Shown: positions 44,864-57,532 of the stretch, piece by piece
Layout of the letters: every line of letters starts with the position of its first letter
Numbering within the stretch: the first letter of the stretch is position 1
DNA from: Trypanosoma brucei
Lineage: Eukaryota
Direction: 5' to 3'
Assembly: GCA_000002445.1 (NCBI GenBank)
Contig: CH464491.1
Coordinates: 3,936,001-4,000,000 of the forward strand
DNA length: 64,000 bases
Made by a program: the position numbers and the translations under genes
Notes under the pieces: generated by a model
What the model was told of the DNA's origin: nothing
The model's input: the letters and a program-made list of their open reading frames with translations, nothing else
The model's database searches: none

Positions 44864-45820
44864 CTACAAGTCGAAATTCATGAACACTGAATCCTTATCA
44901 GGTTGTTTGCGAACGTCTTCAGCAGCGTCAGAGCCACCTTCAGTGGTGTCACCATTCGATTTAGCATTAGGCTTCCGTAAGACTGTGAAACTCAGCGGGT
45001 CATCCTTTGAGTACTGAACGCCCTTCACAACCACCGATTCCGCTCCTTCCGCCCCTTTCATTTTGTCCTGTGACGTACCTTTTGAAATAGATGCCTGCCA
45101 CTTCTCGTACTTCTCCAACCGTCTTACTTCTGCCTCTATGCTCGGCTCCACCCCAACGCAAACAGCCGTTACGGCCTTCTCTACAGGAAAAGGCGGAGCC
45201 GTAATATTTCGCATCTCCAAATACCCACCGCACAGTCGCTGCTCCAATTCACTCAGCAACTCAACCTCTCTCACAAGGCTTGTCATGGCATCTTCTTCTT
45301 CATCCATAACACGCGTGCAGAACACGTGAACGGCCTTTGTCTTGACAGCTTTGAGTATTCGTGAGTCCTCTTTGCTGTAGTGCTGCGCTAGTGGGTATTC
45401 CGATTCTCCATTATCGTACACACGAATGCGCATGTCGGCACGGAAGTGCAAAGCATAGTCATCAAACAAACTATCGTTACATATCTTTTCCAGCACCTCA
45501 GCGCCTCGAAGCTCGCTTGTGGCGTAATCACGTCGTTTTAATTTATTATCTTTTCCAAGGCGGTGGCTCGAAAGAAAAGTGGCACCACCTCTTCCACCGT
45601 AGCGGATAGATTCATTCATGCGTCTACCCAAATGTCCCGCGAATGCGATGCACGCAGAGCAATCCAGAAAGGCGTAAGTAGGTTCATGGATGCGGAAAAG
45701 TGGATCACCAACAGTCGCCGCCTCGACCAAAGATATAGAGCCAATAATTGCAAGCAGCTGGAATATCTTGGAAATGATGGAATAATAAGATTGCGAAGTG
45801 TTACTCAGTCGTGCATACAT
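44864..45820 (-). CDS. Putative secretory-pathway protein with N-terminal signal peptide/anchor (possible saposin-like DUF3456/canopy-type)
   Basis: The listed ORF starts at GTG, so I use the first ATG at 45820 (MYARLSNTSQSYYSIISKIFQLLAIIGSISLVEAATVG). Conserved cysteines are visible (LDCSACIAF...VLEKICND). It ends with an acidic region. Confidence 0.55.
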   Translation of the reverse strand: MYARLSNTSQSYYSIISKIFQLLAIIGSISLVEAATVGDPLFRIHEPTYAFLDCSACIAFAGHLGRRMNESIRYGGRGGATFLSSHRLGKDNKLKRRDYATSELRGAEVLEKICNDSLFDDYALHFRADMRIRVYDNGESEYPLAQHYSKEDSRILKAVKTKAVHVFCTRVMDEEEDAMTSLVREVELLSELEQRLCGGYLEMRNITAPPFPVEKAVTAVCVGVEPSIEAEVRRLEKYEKWQASISKGTSQDKMKGAEGAESVVVKGVQYSKDDPLSFTVLRKPNAKSNGDTTEGGSDAAEDVRKQPDKDSVFMNFDL

Positions 45821-46372
45821 TGGTTGCCAACACTTGTCTCTAAACAAACACCCTCTCACACCCTCGGTCCCTCGTAAGGCACGGGTGCAATGTGAATCCT
45901 CCCTGCGTACCTTAAGTTTTTCCTCCTTATCTAGCGCCCCTCAAGCGTATGCAATATTCATGTGACGTTAAGTTCCGACAACAAGAGAAGAATGTACGAA
46001 AGAAGAGAATATATCGCAAGTAGGAGTTATACCTCAATAGATATCCGATCAAAAGGAGACGAGCATGCAAACTGCTGGGAAACACGACAAGTAAACAAAA
46101 CGAGTCGGTTGTAGAAACAGGTAAAGATCTACGAAATAAGCATACGAAACACCCTTCTCCATGTCAGCTCTATCATCCTTTCAGTGGGAGATATGCTTAC
46201 GTGTCGTGCGGGTCTTTCCTCGCCACCCCCCCCCCCTTCTCTCTTACCAACGCCTTTTAACAACAGTAGTACTCAATTCTAAATAGCGTCATAGTTTACA
46301 TAGACACAGCACCGACAGATGTTAGTGCGTTGCCTCCTCCTCCCTCCTTGTTTTTGCTCCGCATCGCGTTGC

Positions 46373-47278
46373 TCACAGCTTGTCCCCGTTGGTGGACGTC
46401 ATAACCGACACCTCATTCTCTGCAACAGGAGTGGTAGTTTCACCCCCCTTCTCAACATCTCCTTCTCCATTTTCGCTGTGGACAAATGTCCAGTAGTTTT
46501 CATCTTTCATTGGACCACAAGGGGTGCCGGGATTGTTGACGAACCTCCCACAGCACACCTCGTTCTCTGGACCAAAGTCATTGAAAAACACGGCTTTCGA
46601 GCTCGCTAGAGGGGTATTTGTGTGGTTATGGCGTATTACTAACACGGCGTCAGCCTTGATGGGGAGATCCCGCATATCCTCTCGGTGGTCCGGGTTTGCA
46701 AAGTCAGCCACCCACATTGCCTCAGCAGACGCACCATCAGGTGAGAAAAATACATCCTGGTGCTTTCCGGTCACTTTAGATGCGCTGAGAGGTCCTTTGG
46801 GCTCGGACAGAAGCGAAAGGGGGTTGTCGCACAGCTCTGGTACTGTCATAATAAAGAAGGGCTGTCCATAATGCACAATATCCTGCTCATCAGGAGGTGC
46901 AGGGATCATGTCAGTGGGACCAGTGGGGGCGGGCACAAGTACAAAACAGTTGCGCAAAGCAGGTCCAGCAGCAGGTGCGGTGGAGCAGGCAACGTGCCAA
47001 CCAGTTGGTCTTAGAGTACGATCCTCAAGGTCAAGTGAGAGAAACCCAAGCGTCGCCGCATTTTGAAGCATAAGAGGAGCATAGAAATGTAAATAACCAT
47101 CCTCATGAGGTTCGGCCATTGGGTATGCTGAGTTGTGGTGCTTTACCTTCGCAATGATACGCTGTGTCTCACGGGCAGCATCTACAACACCACGGTCACA
47201 ACTATCCAGGAGGCGCTTGCGATCCCGCATATACGCCTCCTCCTCAAACCAGTTGCCCAAAAGCGCTTTCCTCGGCAT
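46373..47278 (-). CDS. Conserved hypothetical protein
   Basis: 301 aa, ATG verified (MPRKALLGNW). No domain is recognised. Confidence 0.6.
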   Translation of the reverse strand: MPRKALLGNWFEEEAYMRDRKRLLDSCDRGVVDAARETQRIIAKVKHHNSAYPMAEPHEDGYLHFYAPLMLQNAATLGFLSLDLEDRTLRPTGWHVACSTAPAAGPALRNCFVLVPAPTGPTDMIPAPPDEQDIVHYGQPFFIMTVPELCDNPLSLLSEPKGPLSASKVTGKHQDVFFSPDGASAEAMWVADFANPDHREDMRDLPIKADAVLVIRHNHTNTPLASSKAVFFNDFGPENEVCCGRFVNNPGTPCGPMKDENYWTFVHSENGEGDVEKGGETTTPVAENEVSVMTSTNGDKL

Positions 47279-47915
47279 AATGGCGCCTTTGATTTAATTG
47301 CTTCCTTCCCTTTCCACGCACACAGTCAGGCGCACAGATGGTAAAAGTAACAATTATGCAGACGAAAAAAACAAAAAGAAAAAGATGAAATCACGCTTGT
47401 GCTTAGTTACAGCTCCTATCCCTTTATGTCCAATCCACTTCTCAATCCCTCGCAGGCAAGACACAGATGATATATATATATATATATATTCCCTTCTTCT
47501 TTATATTCACTGTTGCTCCTCACAGCGCTTATATATCCTCCCAGCCGCTACGTTTTCCGCACGCTCAATTAGACCGTTGCAACTTAAAGGGAATCTAATC
47601 AGTGAAATAATGCGAGACTCACCGCAAAACAAAAAAAATGGACGGAAGAAAAAAAAAAGAAAGGTAATACTAAAGATAACAATATCACCGAGCCTAATAT
47701 GTAAGAAAGAAAAAAACACCAGAGAGTAAAGCACACGTGTGCAACCACCAAAAAGGAAACAAAATCTCACATTTTTTTTCCGCAACAGGTACACACATTT
47801 TCCCACGTGCACCTTAAGTACGCTCACACATGAACACTGATGTCTTAACAACCGTCCCTGACGCTCCTACTCCCCTTTAATGGAAAGTTAAACATCTTTA
47901 TTCCATACACCTACA

Positions 47916-48602
47916 CTATACAACTCTTCTTTTGTTGAAAATACGCCGCAGGTACCACACATTACCTAAACTCATTGCTATGATGATGAGAATTTCCGCC
48001 ATGGCCCAAACGAATACACGAGTGTTTGCCACCTCGGTAACGGCGCGATGTTTGTGTTCGCGGCCTCTGATGTACTGCTGAACCTCAAGTACCTCTCGTA
48101 ACCCATGTTGAATATTCCTCACAGCCAATTCAATGGGATCCATTCCCAAATCGCTTTTCTTATCCTTTTTACCATCCTCACCCTCCAACCCCTCATCCCC
48201 CACTGTAATGGAAAATGCAACCACCTTCGCGCTGATGGTACTCATCTTATTCGAGAAACAAAAGCGGTGGCGGCCGGAACCCCTCGATTTGAATAACACA
48301 CGACCCTCAGTATCACGGCCTGATGACCAAATCATCGAGTTGTCGGGATTTTTGATGGTCGCCTCAATATCTTGAGATCCTCCTGAGGTCACCAAGTAAT
48401 GCAAGAACACCTTTACCCCAGCTTTATTAATATCCTCAAAGAAACACAATTCTTTCTTGGGCGGCACTTGGACGGAAATCGCATCATCGTCTGCGCGAAC
48501 TGTGGTGATGAAAGTGGAAAGTGTTACTAACAACAAACCCAACGGCAAAGATAAGCGAGCAATCGTACCACTCACACGCAGAGGCATCGCGCGCATGGTC
48601 AT
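47916..48602 (-). CDS. p24/emp24/gp25L (TMED) family cargo receptor
   Basis: The listed ORF starts at TTG, so I use the first ATG at 48602 (MTMRAMPLRVSGTIARLSLPLGLLLVTLSTFITTVRA, a signal peptide). It has a GOLD-domain-like region (FCFSN), then a coiled-coil, a single C-terminal TM and a short basic tail (WAMAEILIIIAMSLGNVWYLRRIFNKRRVV). Confidence 0.82.
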   Translation of the reverse strand: MTMRAMPLRVSGTIARLSLPLGLLLVTLSTFITTVRADDDAISVQVPPKKELCFFEDINKAGVKVFLHYLVTSGGSQDIEATIKNPDNSMIWSSGRDTEGRVLFKSRGSGRHRFCFSNKMSTISAKVVAFSITVGDEGLEGEDGKKDKKSDLGMDPIELAVRNIQHGLREVLEVQQYIRGREHKHRAVTEVANTRVFVWAMAEILIIIAMSLGNVWYLRRIFNKRRVV

Positions 48603-51251
48603 TAAGAGTACTGCCAACTTAATCAGATCTATTCCTTTTAGTCCGTATTTGCTGTGGATACCGCTGTCTCTGTTTCTTTTTTTTTTTCTCTCCCTTCCTC
48701 CAGCAATCAATGACTTTATTCACTGAGGTGTCGCCCCCTGCTACCGATATCTGCTGTTACCCCCTTTGTTCTTTTGTCTAGCGTCTGCGATCAGAATGCA
48801 ACTACTTCCGATGCAAATAAATCAGTCAGCACACCGTGTGTCACTAACGAAATGCGGGGGGAATATAAATATATATAAATATATATAAATATATACAGAA
48901 AGATATACGAAAAGAAAGAAAGCGTGCGGGGTTCTTTCCTCCACGGCACAAACCGTTTATAATTTTGTCCCTCGCAGCCTACTTACTGTATCAGCTATTT
49001 AACCCCTCCCCCTAAAAAAAACTTGTGCTCGCGTTACCTCTAAATTTAAAAAATAATCGACCAAATTTACGAGGTTCAGTAGCGAGTAAAGAATAAAACA
49101 AATAAAAAGGAAAGGTAGAGAGAGAGAGAGAAAAAAAAAAAAGAGGAGATGAACGTCGGTTTTAAACAAAGACTCAGGCGCAAGTGCAAAAAAAGTAAAA
49201 GAGAAAAAGGAGCAGGGCAATATCTGCTAAGGTGTACGCCTCCGTGTGAAAATGAAAGCACATCAAGTAAGATATTTTTCAGTGTTTTGGTTCTCTCACG
49301 AGTCCGTTAGCTCCCAAGTACGCAGCCTTACTTACTGAGCAATAATAACAATAATAATAATAATAACAATAGGAAAAGAAGAAGCGGAAGCGACACACGT
49401 AAAAAAAAAAAAAAAGAAGCAGACATGGGCATATTTCATTTGACCTTCCGTAAGGTGACATTTACCTTTTGCTTGAACGCATTGTGTTACGTAGTACGTG
49501 TGCGAGGAATCTTCTAAGTACCTGCTGGCACCCGTGGCAAGCAGTTATGATTTAAAATAAAAAAAAGAAGGAAAGAAAGAAAGAAAAGAAAGGAAAAAGT
49601 CTGAAAAGAGTGAGGTCCGCACTCGAAACAACAGGGAAAAAAAGTAGCAGAGTCATTTGTGAGCAAAGCCACACAGCGAAGAAAAACAAAACACAGAAAA
49701 ATCGAAATAACAAGAAAATGTGTATAGTCTTCCGATTCGAATGCACAGATACGAAAAAAAAAAAACAGCAGCGCTCCAAAAGAAAAAAAAAGTGAATGGA
49801 TTTATTGATACTTTTTTTTTTCTTGTATCATCCCTCTTCCATCAACAACTTCTTTTCTTTTCCCCACTTAACCACAATTTCTTCATATAAGCCTGCCCAT
49901 GTGTATCACACTCTTCTCTTTTTTTTTTCTTTTTATTTCAGAAGTGCACAACATAAAGAACCGCCGTCGGTAGCCCACGTGCGGGTGATAATATTTTCCA
50001 TTACTCCACCACAAGGATGGAAGAAAAAGAGAAAATAAAAAAGGAAAAGATGAAAAGGGAAAGAAAACACAAAATTGAAGTTTCCCCCTCCACACACACA
50101 CATTTTTCTCTCCCTCTTCTGCAGACCTTTCATTCTCACTTTCACAATGTGGTAGCGGCTTTCATGAAGTTATAACCGCACCGATATTGTCATTTACGCC
50201 ATATTGTTTGACTCGCATTGCTGACGCCAACATTTCTTTCCCTTTTCTCTCGTACTTCCATTCATTCATCCATACTTTCCACCTCGGCACCATCCACAGG
50301 TAAAGGGAAAAAAAAAGAAGTAAAAGAAAAGACACACAAACACACAGATACCACAACGCATTTGCAGTGCGTAGAAAGGATAGGAAGAAAGTGAGAAAAA
50401 AACAAATATATATATATATAACAATACACTGCTCTCGTCAGCAAAAAGAAAAACAGCAACAGAACTAAGTGACGTACAAGGCTACCTTCGCACGCTGAGC
50501 AACTGGGGAAAAATATGTGGGGACATTCCTCTCTTATTTCTCTTCCGTTCCCGTTTATCGGCTACAACCCGACTTCCGCTCCCCCACACGTCAAATAAAC
50601 TTTCCTCACTTTCGTTTCACACAACTTATATTTCATCTCTTTTCCATTCACATTTTCTCCTCTCTTCTCCTCTCCCCTATTCATTCTCTACTCGCCCAGC
50701 CACGCATAGAAGCAGGAAAAGACAGGAAAATGAAGAGAACGGTAAATAGCACCAAAAAGTAAACAAAAATTTGTATGATATATAAATATATAACACGACC
50801 CAGAAGCATACGGCACTCGCGCCGGCATATACACACATCTCCTTTCCTTCAACACAAGCTCAGGTGAGTGAATTGACAACAAATAAAATTATTCAACTAC
50901 TGAGTGACTTTTTGTTTTACTTCCACTCATAAAGACCGTTTGGTCCCGCCCGCCCATACTCGCACATTTCAATGGAATTCGACCATAGAAAAGGTACTCA
51001 TAAAACCACACCGCCTTCGCGCAACAAAAAAAAAAGAAAAGAAAAGTGTAGACGCGAGGTAATTTTGCCTTCCCTTTCATTTCCATCCTTCGACTCCCAC
51101 TTATCCCACTGTTCCCTTCACCCCTAAACAAATGAACACACAAAAACACACTCTCACACATTTCTTCTTTTTCATGCATCTACTTCCCATTTTCCCCACG
51201 CCTTCCTTGGATTTCTTCCGCTTTATTGCTTACAATCCACCCTATTCTCGC

Positions 51252-52010
<759 letters not shown>

Positions 52011-52282
52011 TTACCAACTAAATTCCAGTGTGATGCACCCGCTTTTGCTGTCACTGTTCTGCACGAATAAATTCTACACGACTCGTTCTCCCTATATGTA
52101 GGCGGTCGACGTAAGTGCCTTGCTATCAAGTGTAGTAGTCAACTTCGCAATTGGAACCTGTGTAGTTCTATTAGACGAAAAAAAAAATACGTGTATACAA
52201 TCTAAGATAGTGAAAACGGAAATAAATAAAGCAGAAGGGGATACGTATAATTCGCAACCGAAAGGGTTGCAGCTGAGCATAG

Positions 52283-52308
52283 CCCCCCCCCCCCCGAAAA
52301 AAAAAAAA
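52283..52308. repeat. Adjacent homopolymers C13 then A12
   Basis: agccccccccccccc g aaaaaaaaaaaa, intergenic. A second C11 run lies at 46226-46236. Confidence 0.9.
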
Positions 52309-52545
52309 TCCCGGGAAGCAGAGGCCAAGCCGAAGCCCCCAGTTTATTTGTAGTAGGCTGGCCTACCAATCACGGAAGTGAGACTAACAATTGGCATGCA
52401 AGCATCAAAAAGAGCCTTGGAGTGGAGACTGCAACATCTACTGTTGTTGTTAGCCACTTTTACACACCATGTGCTCGCGTGTTGATGTTGTTTGCACTGA
52501 CCATATACCCAGTGTACATTGAACCATAACAAAATACATCTGATA

Positions 52546-54411
52546 TCATGACAAAGACACCCTCCCTTCAAGAAAAGAGATGAGTTTTCTGACACTTGCC
52601 AACAAGGCATCCGCCTCCCCCGAGCCTTCGCTCATTAAGGTTCCTGTGCCTCTTTCAGGAGTTCCTCCAGCAGTATTCACGGCACCGCCCGGTCCCGCCG
52701 AGCATTCACCGATGCTTGTGTTCCCCCCTTCAGAACCGCTCAACTCTGCCCATGGGCTTCCCTCTCCAACACCTCTTTCATGCAAACTTCCCCTTGGGCT
52801 GCTCTCACTCGTGCTCCCCTCCTCCGTAGTTGCATTCCCCCGTGGGGCATTGCTATCGGATGTTGGGGTACCCTCTAAACGCACCTCCTCGGATTCCTCT
52901 CTACCTCCGCCAGTAGACCCACCTTCATTTGTGGGACGCCGGCGAAGTCGTACAATCCCACGAAGTAATCCCCGCAACAGCACAGTAAGACGCGTATCTG
53001 CCGTGTTCGTATCACTCAAATCGGTACTTCCACCCGCATGTATGTCTCCTCGAGACATATGAGCACTGTCCACAGGCCCCACCGATGACTCAACTCGCGA
53101 CGCTAGGCGAGAACGAGAAATGGAAGCCTGGAAAATACTTTCGGTTAAGGGCGGACTGTCAGCCACCGAATGCGCACCAGATCGACGCCAATTGCGGCAT
53201 TGCTTCGCCTTCAAGAGGTAGGGGTTGCACCAAAACTGCGCGACTCGCATTTCAACAGAATCAACACGGGGGTTTATCTCCTCGTGAGAAGACGGCAGAG
53301 ACGACGACACGGATCCCATTGTTAAGGGGGTATGTGGCCGCATCGTGTGCAAGTTCATTTGGTACGTGCTGCTTCCTCTCCTCAAACCACTTGTGGTCCG
53401 CAGTAACGGATCAGTTGAGTGTAGAGACGCCTGAGGGGCACGCAGTGACGCCGCTTTAGATGTTAAGGGCGATGCGCTCTCTGTCTCCAGGGATATCGGG
53501 AAACCTCCTGTACATGCCGGGTGCTGTCTCTCGTAGAGAAAGGAAGACCAAAGGCGGCACTGCGCTTCATACGAAGCAAGTCGTGTCCTTAAGGCCTGTA
53601 GTTGGTCCTCAGCAACCTTCTGTCGCTTCTCCTGCGCAGTGAGCACCTCCTTCTGTTCAATCAACTGCTCTCGTGCATTTCCCAGTTCATACGCTGTAGC
53701 CTTGTTTAGGCACTTCTCACATGCCTCATACTGCTTGAGATGGCTCAGGGCAGCAGCGTGGCACCGGGAGAGGTGCTGCGAATGCACCGAAATTACTTTC
53801 ATTTCGTCTACTATAGGCGATCCCGCCTTGCGAGCCAACATGGACAGTTTGAGCATTACACTGTCAGTCGCGTCAAGAATCTTAAAAGCGCTTTGAGATA
53901 CAATTTCCAGCACAAATGTCAGAGATGTCGATGAGAACTTAATTGGTGGTTGCGGCGTCTCCAATACTGACTCTTTCAGTTGAAAATGTGGTTTGGTGTT
54001 CAACTCGGCTGCCTTTCTCTGCTCAGCTCGCATCACAGTAAGAGTTCTAAGCTTCTGAATCGTTTCGTGTTCGAGCGCACTTTCCAGTGAAACAGAAAAG
54101 GGTCCAGCACCCAGGGACATAACGGGATCATCAGAAATGACCACCTTCTCCCCACCATTAGCTCCCGAGGTTTCCACCAGTGTGTTTAGGTCTTCTAGCA
54201 ACATTGTTGTCATACTACTCTCGTAAACAGCTTCAGATAGGTTGTTTATCCTCTTGACCATCGACTTGGAAATATTCGAAGCTGTCTCCATCCGCCGCCG
54301 CCGGGTGCGGAACATGCTCAGTAGTGTACTATCATCTATCTGAACTACACTATCTGTTCCGCATCTTGCGGTACGTGGCTTTTGGTTCTTGGGTAACGGT
54401 GGAAGGTGCAT
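52546..54411 (-). CDS. Conserved hypothetical protein (central coiled-coil, S/T/G-rich C-terminus)
   Basis: 621 aa, ATG verified (MHLPPLPKNQ). No domain is recognised. Confidence 0.65.
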   Translation of the reverse strand: MHLPPLPKNQKPRTARCGTDSVVQIDDSTLLSMFRTRRRRMETASNISKSMVKRINNLSEAVYESSMTTMLLEDLNTLVETSGANGGEKVVISDDPVMSLGAGPFSVSLESALEHETIQKLRTLTVMRAEQRKAAELNTKPHFQLKESVLETPQPPIKFSSTSLTFVLEIVSQSAFKILDATDSVMLKLSMLARKAGSPIVDEMKVISVHSQHLSRCHAAALSHLKQYEACEKCLNKATAYELGNAREQLIEQKEVLTAQEKRQKVAEDQLQALRTRLASYEAQCRLWSSFLYERQHPACTGGFPISLETESASPLTSKAASLRAPQASLHSTDPLLRTTSGLRRGSSTYQMNLHTMRPHTPLTMGSVSSSLPSSHEEINPRVDSVEMRVAQFWCNPYLLKAKQCRNWRRSGAHSVADSPPLTESIFQASISRSRLASRVESSVGPVDSAHMSRGDIHAGGSTDLSDTNTADTRLTVLLRGLLRGIVRLRRRPTNEGGSTGGGREESEEVRLEGTPTSDSNAPRGNATTEEGSTSESSPRGSLHERGVGEGSPWAELSGSEGGNTSIGECSAGPGGAVNTAGGTPERGTGTLMSEGSGEADALLASVRKLISFLEGRVSLS

Positions 54412-55667
54412 ACTATCGCGGTCGCTAATTTCTCGCCGGCTTCCCTATGGAATTCCTGCCGTAGTAACGCAAATTGTATTCGTCCGCTCCCACACACACC
54501 TACCACTGTAAATTTCAGGTGAATATGCAACGCCTACGCACGCCTTTGCTCAAAAGGGAAGAAAAGAAAAAATGCGCACCAGCAATGTGGCAGTACAGTA
54601 GCGGTTAGACGCGTGGAACTACGAAGTCATTGGGCACAAAAAGTATGGCAGTAATTCACAACCGATAGAAATAACGAACGAAACGGCTGGAGGAAACTCC
54701 GTAAAATAAAAAACCGCTAAACACTTTAACAGAAAGTCCTGTAGCACTCCACCAATGGTATAATTAAAAGGATTGAAACATAAAAGCATTGTCAACGGCG
54801 GACCGACAACAACACACTTTTGCTGCACGGCCGCAGCACACCCCAATACGCGGGGGAAAAAAAAAGGAAGTATCCATGGCAACGGATGTCAGAGCATCTG
54901 CGGTGAAGCCATTAAATATTGTTGTTACTTGCTTCCCTAATCAGTGCAGCCTCCTTCAGCTGCCTCTCCTTTGCATCGTCAACGATTGTTCGGAGGTTTT
55001 GGGTTGAGTAACGGTTCCATAACGTCATTGCAGTAATTATGATCGCACTGCCGGCATATATCTTCCCAGGGGTCATACGCATGCTCATTCTGTCAAAACT
55101 AACAAATTTCTTGTGACCCTCGAACAGCACGATCACAGCGGATACACTGCGAGTCACCTATCGTCTTCCTTTTTGACTGGAGGTGGGCCAAAATTAAAGA
55201 AGAAAACAGCATATAAAACATTCACGTGGCAGAGCATGCCTTCCGAGAATTTAAGTGAGTGTGCTTACATCCGAAAAAGCAGCATGACATGAGCTGCAGG
55301 AACGAAATCGTGACAGGCATACATATTTTAACAATGTTGACGAAGTGAATAAACAGAAAGTGGGATTTTACTAGCCACGGCAACTGCGACCCAAGTGACA
55401 CCGCGTATGAAAAACGAGCACCGTTCACTCGTTCCATGAAAAACTGAACAGCATCACAGAGAAATCCGCTGGTAGTAAACGGGGTTCCACCTGTGAAGAA
55501 ATACACGGCGGCCCGCCGCTACAAAGCGCACCAGACTCTAGAATAATTCCACCATAAGTTGCCACACTGCGGACGCATTGCCACGATCACCAAGCCGCTG
55601 TCGCTTTTCCTCGATGCGCGAGGCGGCTCACAATGAAAAAAAGAAAAAGCCTCCAAACAACCAAGCC

Positions 55668-56150
55668 TCATATCAGCATCGATAATAACACAGATAACAG
55701 CAAGAACACAAACAAACGAAAGGGGTAAAACGTAGTATCGCCATTAATCTCTGGAGAGAAGCGTGACCCACAAGCTACCCAGATCTGCAGGCGCATAACC
55801 GGTGCTTCCCATAACAAAAAAAAAAGTTGAGCCACAACGGGGTACTCATACCACGCAAAAACCAAGATCAGTGCGGTAAACCGAAAACGATCTTGAAGTA
55901 AGAAGAACCCCAGGTGCTGCTCCCCTTCCACAACAATTGTGAAGCCTCCGCTGATGAGGGCTAATGGTTTGCTGGCCAAAAACACATGTGTTACATGAAT
56001 TGTGCCACGAGCCTGATGGTGTGTATCACGTATATAATCCAAGTAACTTGCTACGCGTGCACACAGAATACTCGATATAGAAGAAAACAGGGAAAAAGCG
56101 GGATTACCATGGCATGTAAATCCTGCAGAAAATTGCTTCGTCGCTTGCAT
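55668..56150 (-). CDS. Small hydrophobic membrane protein, hypothetical
   Basis: The listed ORF starts at GTG and crosses a poly-T/A tract. The first plausible ATG is at 56150 (MQATKQFSAGF...), giving ~160 aa with 3-4 hydrophobic segments. Confidence 0.45.
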   Translation of the reverse strand: MQATKQFSAGFTCHGNPAFSLFSSISSILCARVASYLDYIRDTHHQARGTIHVTHVFLASKPLALISGGFTIVVEGEQHLGFFLLQDRFRFTALILVFAWYEYPVVAQLFFLLWEAPVMRLQIWVACGSRFSPEINGDTTFYPFRLFVFLLLSVLLSMLI

Positions 56151-56464
56151 TTTTGAATATTTGCAGCACCACTGACCCTCTCCACCAGAGGAGTTGATTT
56201 TACGTTTTTTCTTCGTTAAAAAAAAAAAAGTGTCGTAGTACATAAAGATACCACTACCATTAGAGACGTGACACCGCACGCAGCGGAATGGGAGCGCGTC
56301 GCCGGATACAACGGTCGTGACGAACCCCCTGCCAGAATGGAGAAACCGTCACTCATCGGTGTTCCCGCCTGCCCACCACACACACACACAGAAAAAAAAA
56401 AGAGCCACCTCTGAGAAAATGCTTCGGTTCTTTATAACCAACAGGCTCTCCCATTTTTGTTGGG

Positions 56465-57271
56465 TCAGGTACTCAACTCACATAACCGCTTTCGTATGTT
56501 GGTGGAACTCACTCTACTCTCCTCATCATCGCAGACTCCTACATAAGGAACCAACACACACTCTAGCGGCTTAAGACCCACCGACAGTCGTGCTGTGTTG
56601 ATGGAAGGCAAAGCGCCAACAGTTTCCGGTGAAACCACAAGTGCCTCCAACGAGGGATCACTATCGGCCCCACCAGCGCGGTCTGCAATGCCGGCCACCT
56701 CAAGGCCAAGGTCTGGCCGTAGCAAATGGGCAAACTTTGTAACAGCTGCGCAGCGTACTTCAAACGGCTCGATGAGGTCGGCATGAATCTTTGTAGTTAG
56801 CATCGTGGACACCGTTACACCAATCCGAAGGACCTGCGTGGCGTGCAGCAAAGCAGTAGTAAGCAACAGTTTGTGACCTCCGTGCAGACGATCGAAAGTC
56901 CCACCGACTGCAACACCTTTGTACACCGGATTGAAGCCGCAATTAGGTGTCATTAATGAGGCCGTAAAGAGTGGTAACTTGTGTCCCTCCCGGCTATTTG
57001 TATTGCGATTAGGCGTCTCATAGTACTCTAAAGGCGCCAGTGGGACAACAGTGACAGATGTCCTTGGATTATGTCGTACAGCCACATCGTATAATACCTT
57101 TATGTGCTGGAGCGCCGTATCCCGATGGCCGTCATCTACTCGCAAGTGGACCTGCAGCGGGTTGTGAGGCTCTCCAGCTGGTTTTGTGCCACAGAGCGCG
57201 GTAAGGTGGGAAAACAACACGGTGCAATTCCTTTCCAGACCTGCGGAGGTGCCTAACAGAAGCGGATCCAT
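56465..57271 (-). CDS. Phosphopantetheine adenylyltransferase (PPAT/CoaD-like nucleotidyltransferase) with an N-terminal extension
   Basis: The listed ORF starts at GTG, and the first ATG is at 57271 (MDPLLL...). The cytidylyltransferase (H/T)xGH motif is present in GGTFDRLHGGHKLLL. The PPAT-type ISSTxIR motif is VSSTNIRKRL near the C-terminus. A later ATG at ~56953 (MTPNCGF...) would give a canonical domain-only protein. Confidence 0.75.
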   Translation of the reverse strand: MDPLLLGTSAGLERNCTVLFSHLTALCGTKPAGEPHNPLQVHLRVDDGHRDTALQHIKVLYDVAVRHNPRTSVTVVPLAPLEYYETPNRNTNSREGHKLPLFTASLMTPNCGFNPVYKGVAVGGTFDRLHGGHKLLLTTALLHATQVLRIGVTVSTMLTTKIHADLIEPFEVRCAAVTKFAHLLRPDLGLEVAGIADRAGGADSDPSLEALVVSPETVGALPSINTARLSVGLKPLECVLVPYVGVCDDEESRVSSTNIRKRLCELST

Positions 57272-57532
57272 CTGAATTTGTGGTAAACCTAAACGTAACA
57301 ACTTGCCGTTATGGCCAATTTCACGCTGGTGATGGACAATTACGAATGTGAGAGGGGAAGGAAGCAGGAAAGAGTCTACGTGGACGCAAGGGAAAACGTG
57401 TAGCAATACACGCACACGCTTTCATTCTCAACTGACCCCCACAAGATGGTTACAACACAAAAAAAAAAGACACTGAATGGTTGTTCGCTTCGACTCAGCA
57501 CGCTTTTCATGAGACACGCCGAGAGTCCTCAA

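Noticed and set aside
54912-55157. 81-aa minus-strand ORF with a hydrophobic segment in the 1.25-kb intergenic region
   Set aside because: The listed start is GTG, directly preceded by an in-frame stop. The first ATG leaves only ~58 aa. No supporting features are visible. It could only be rescued by expression data.
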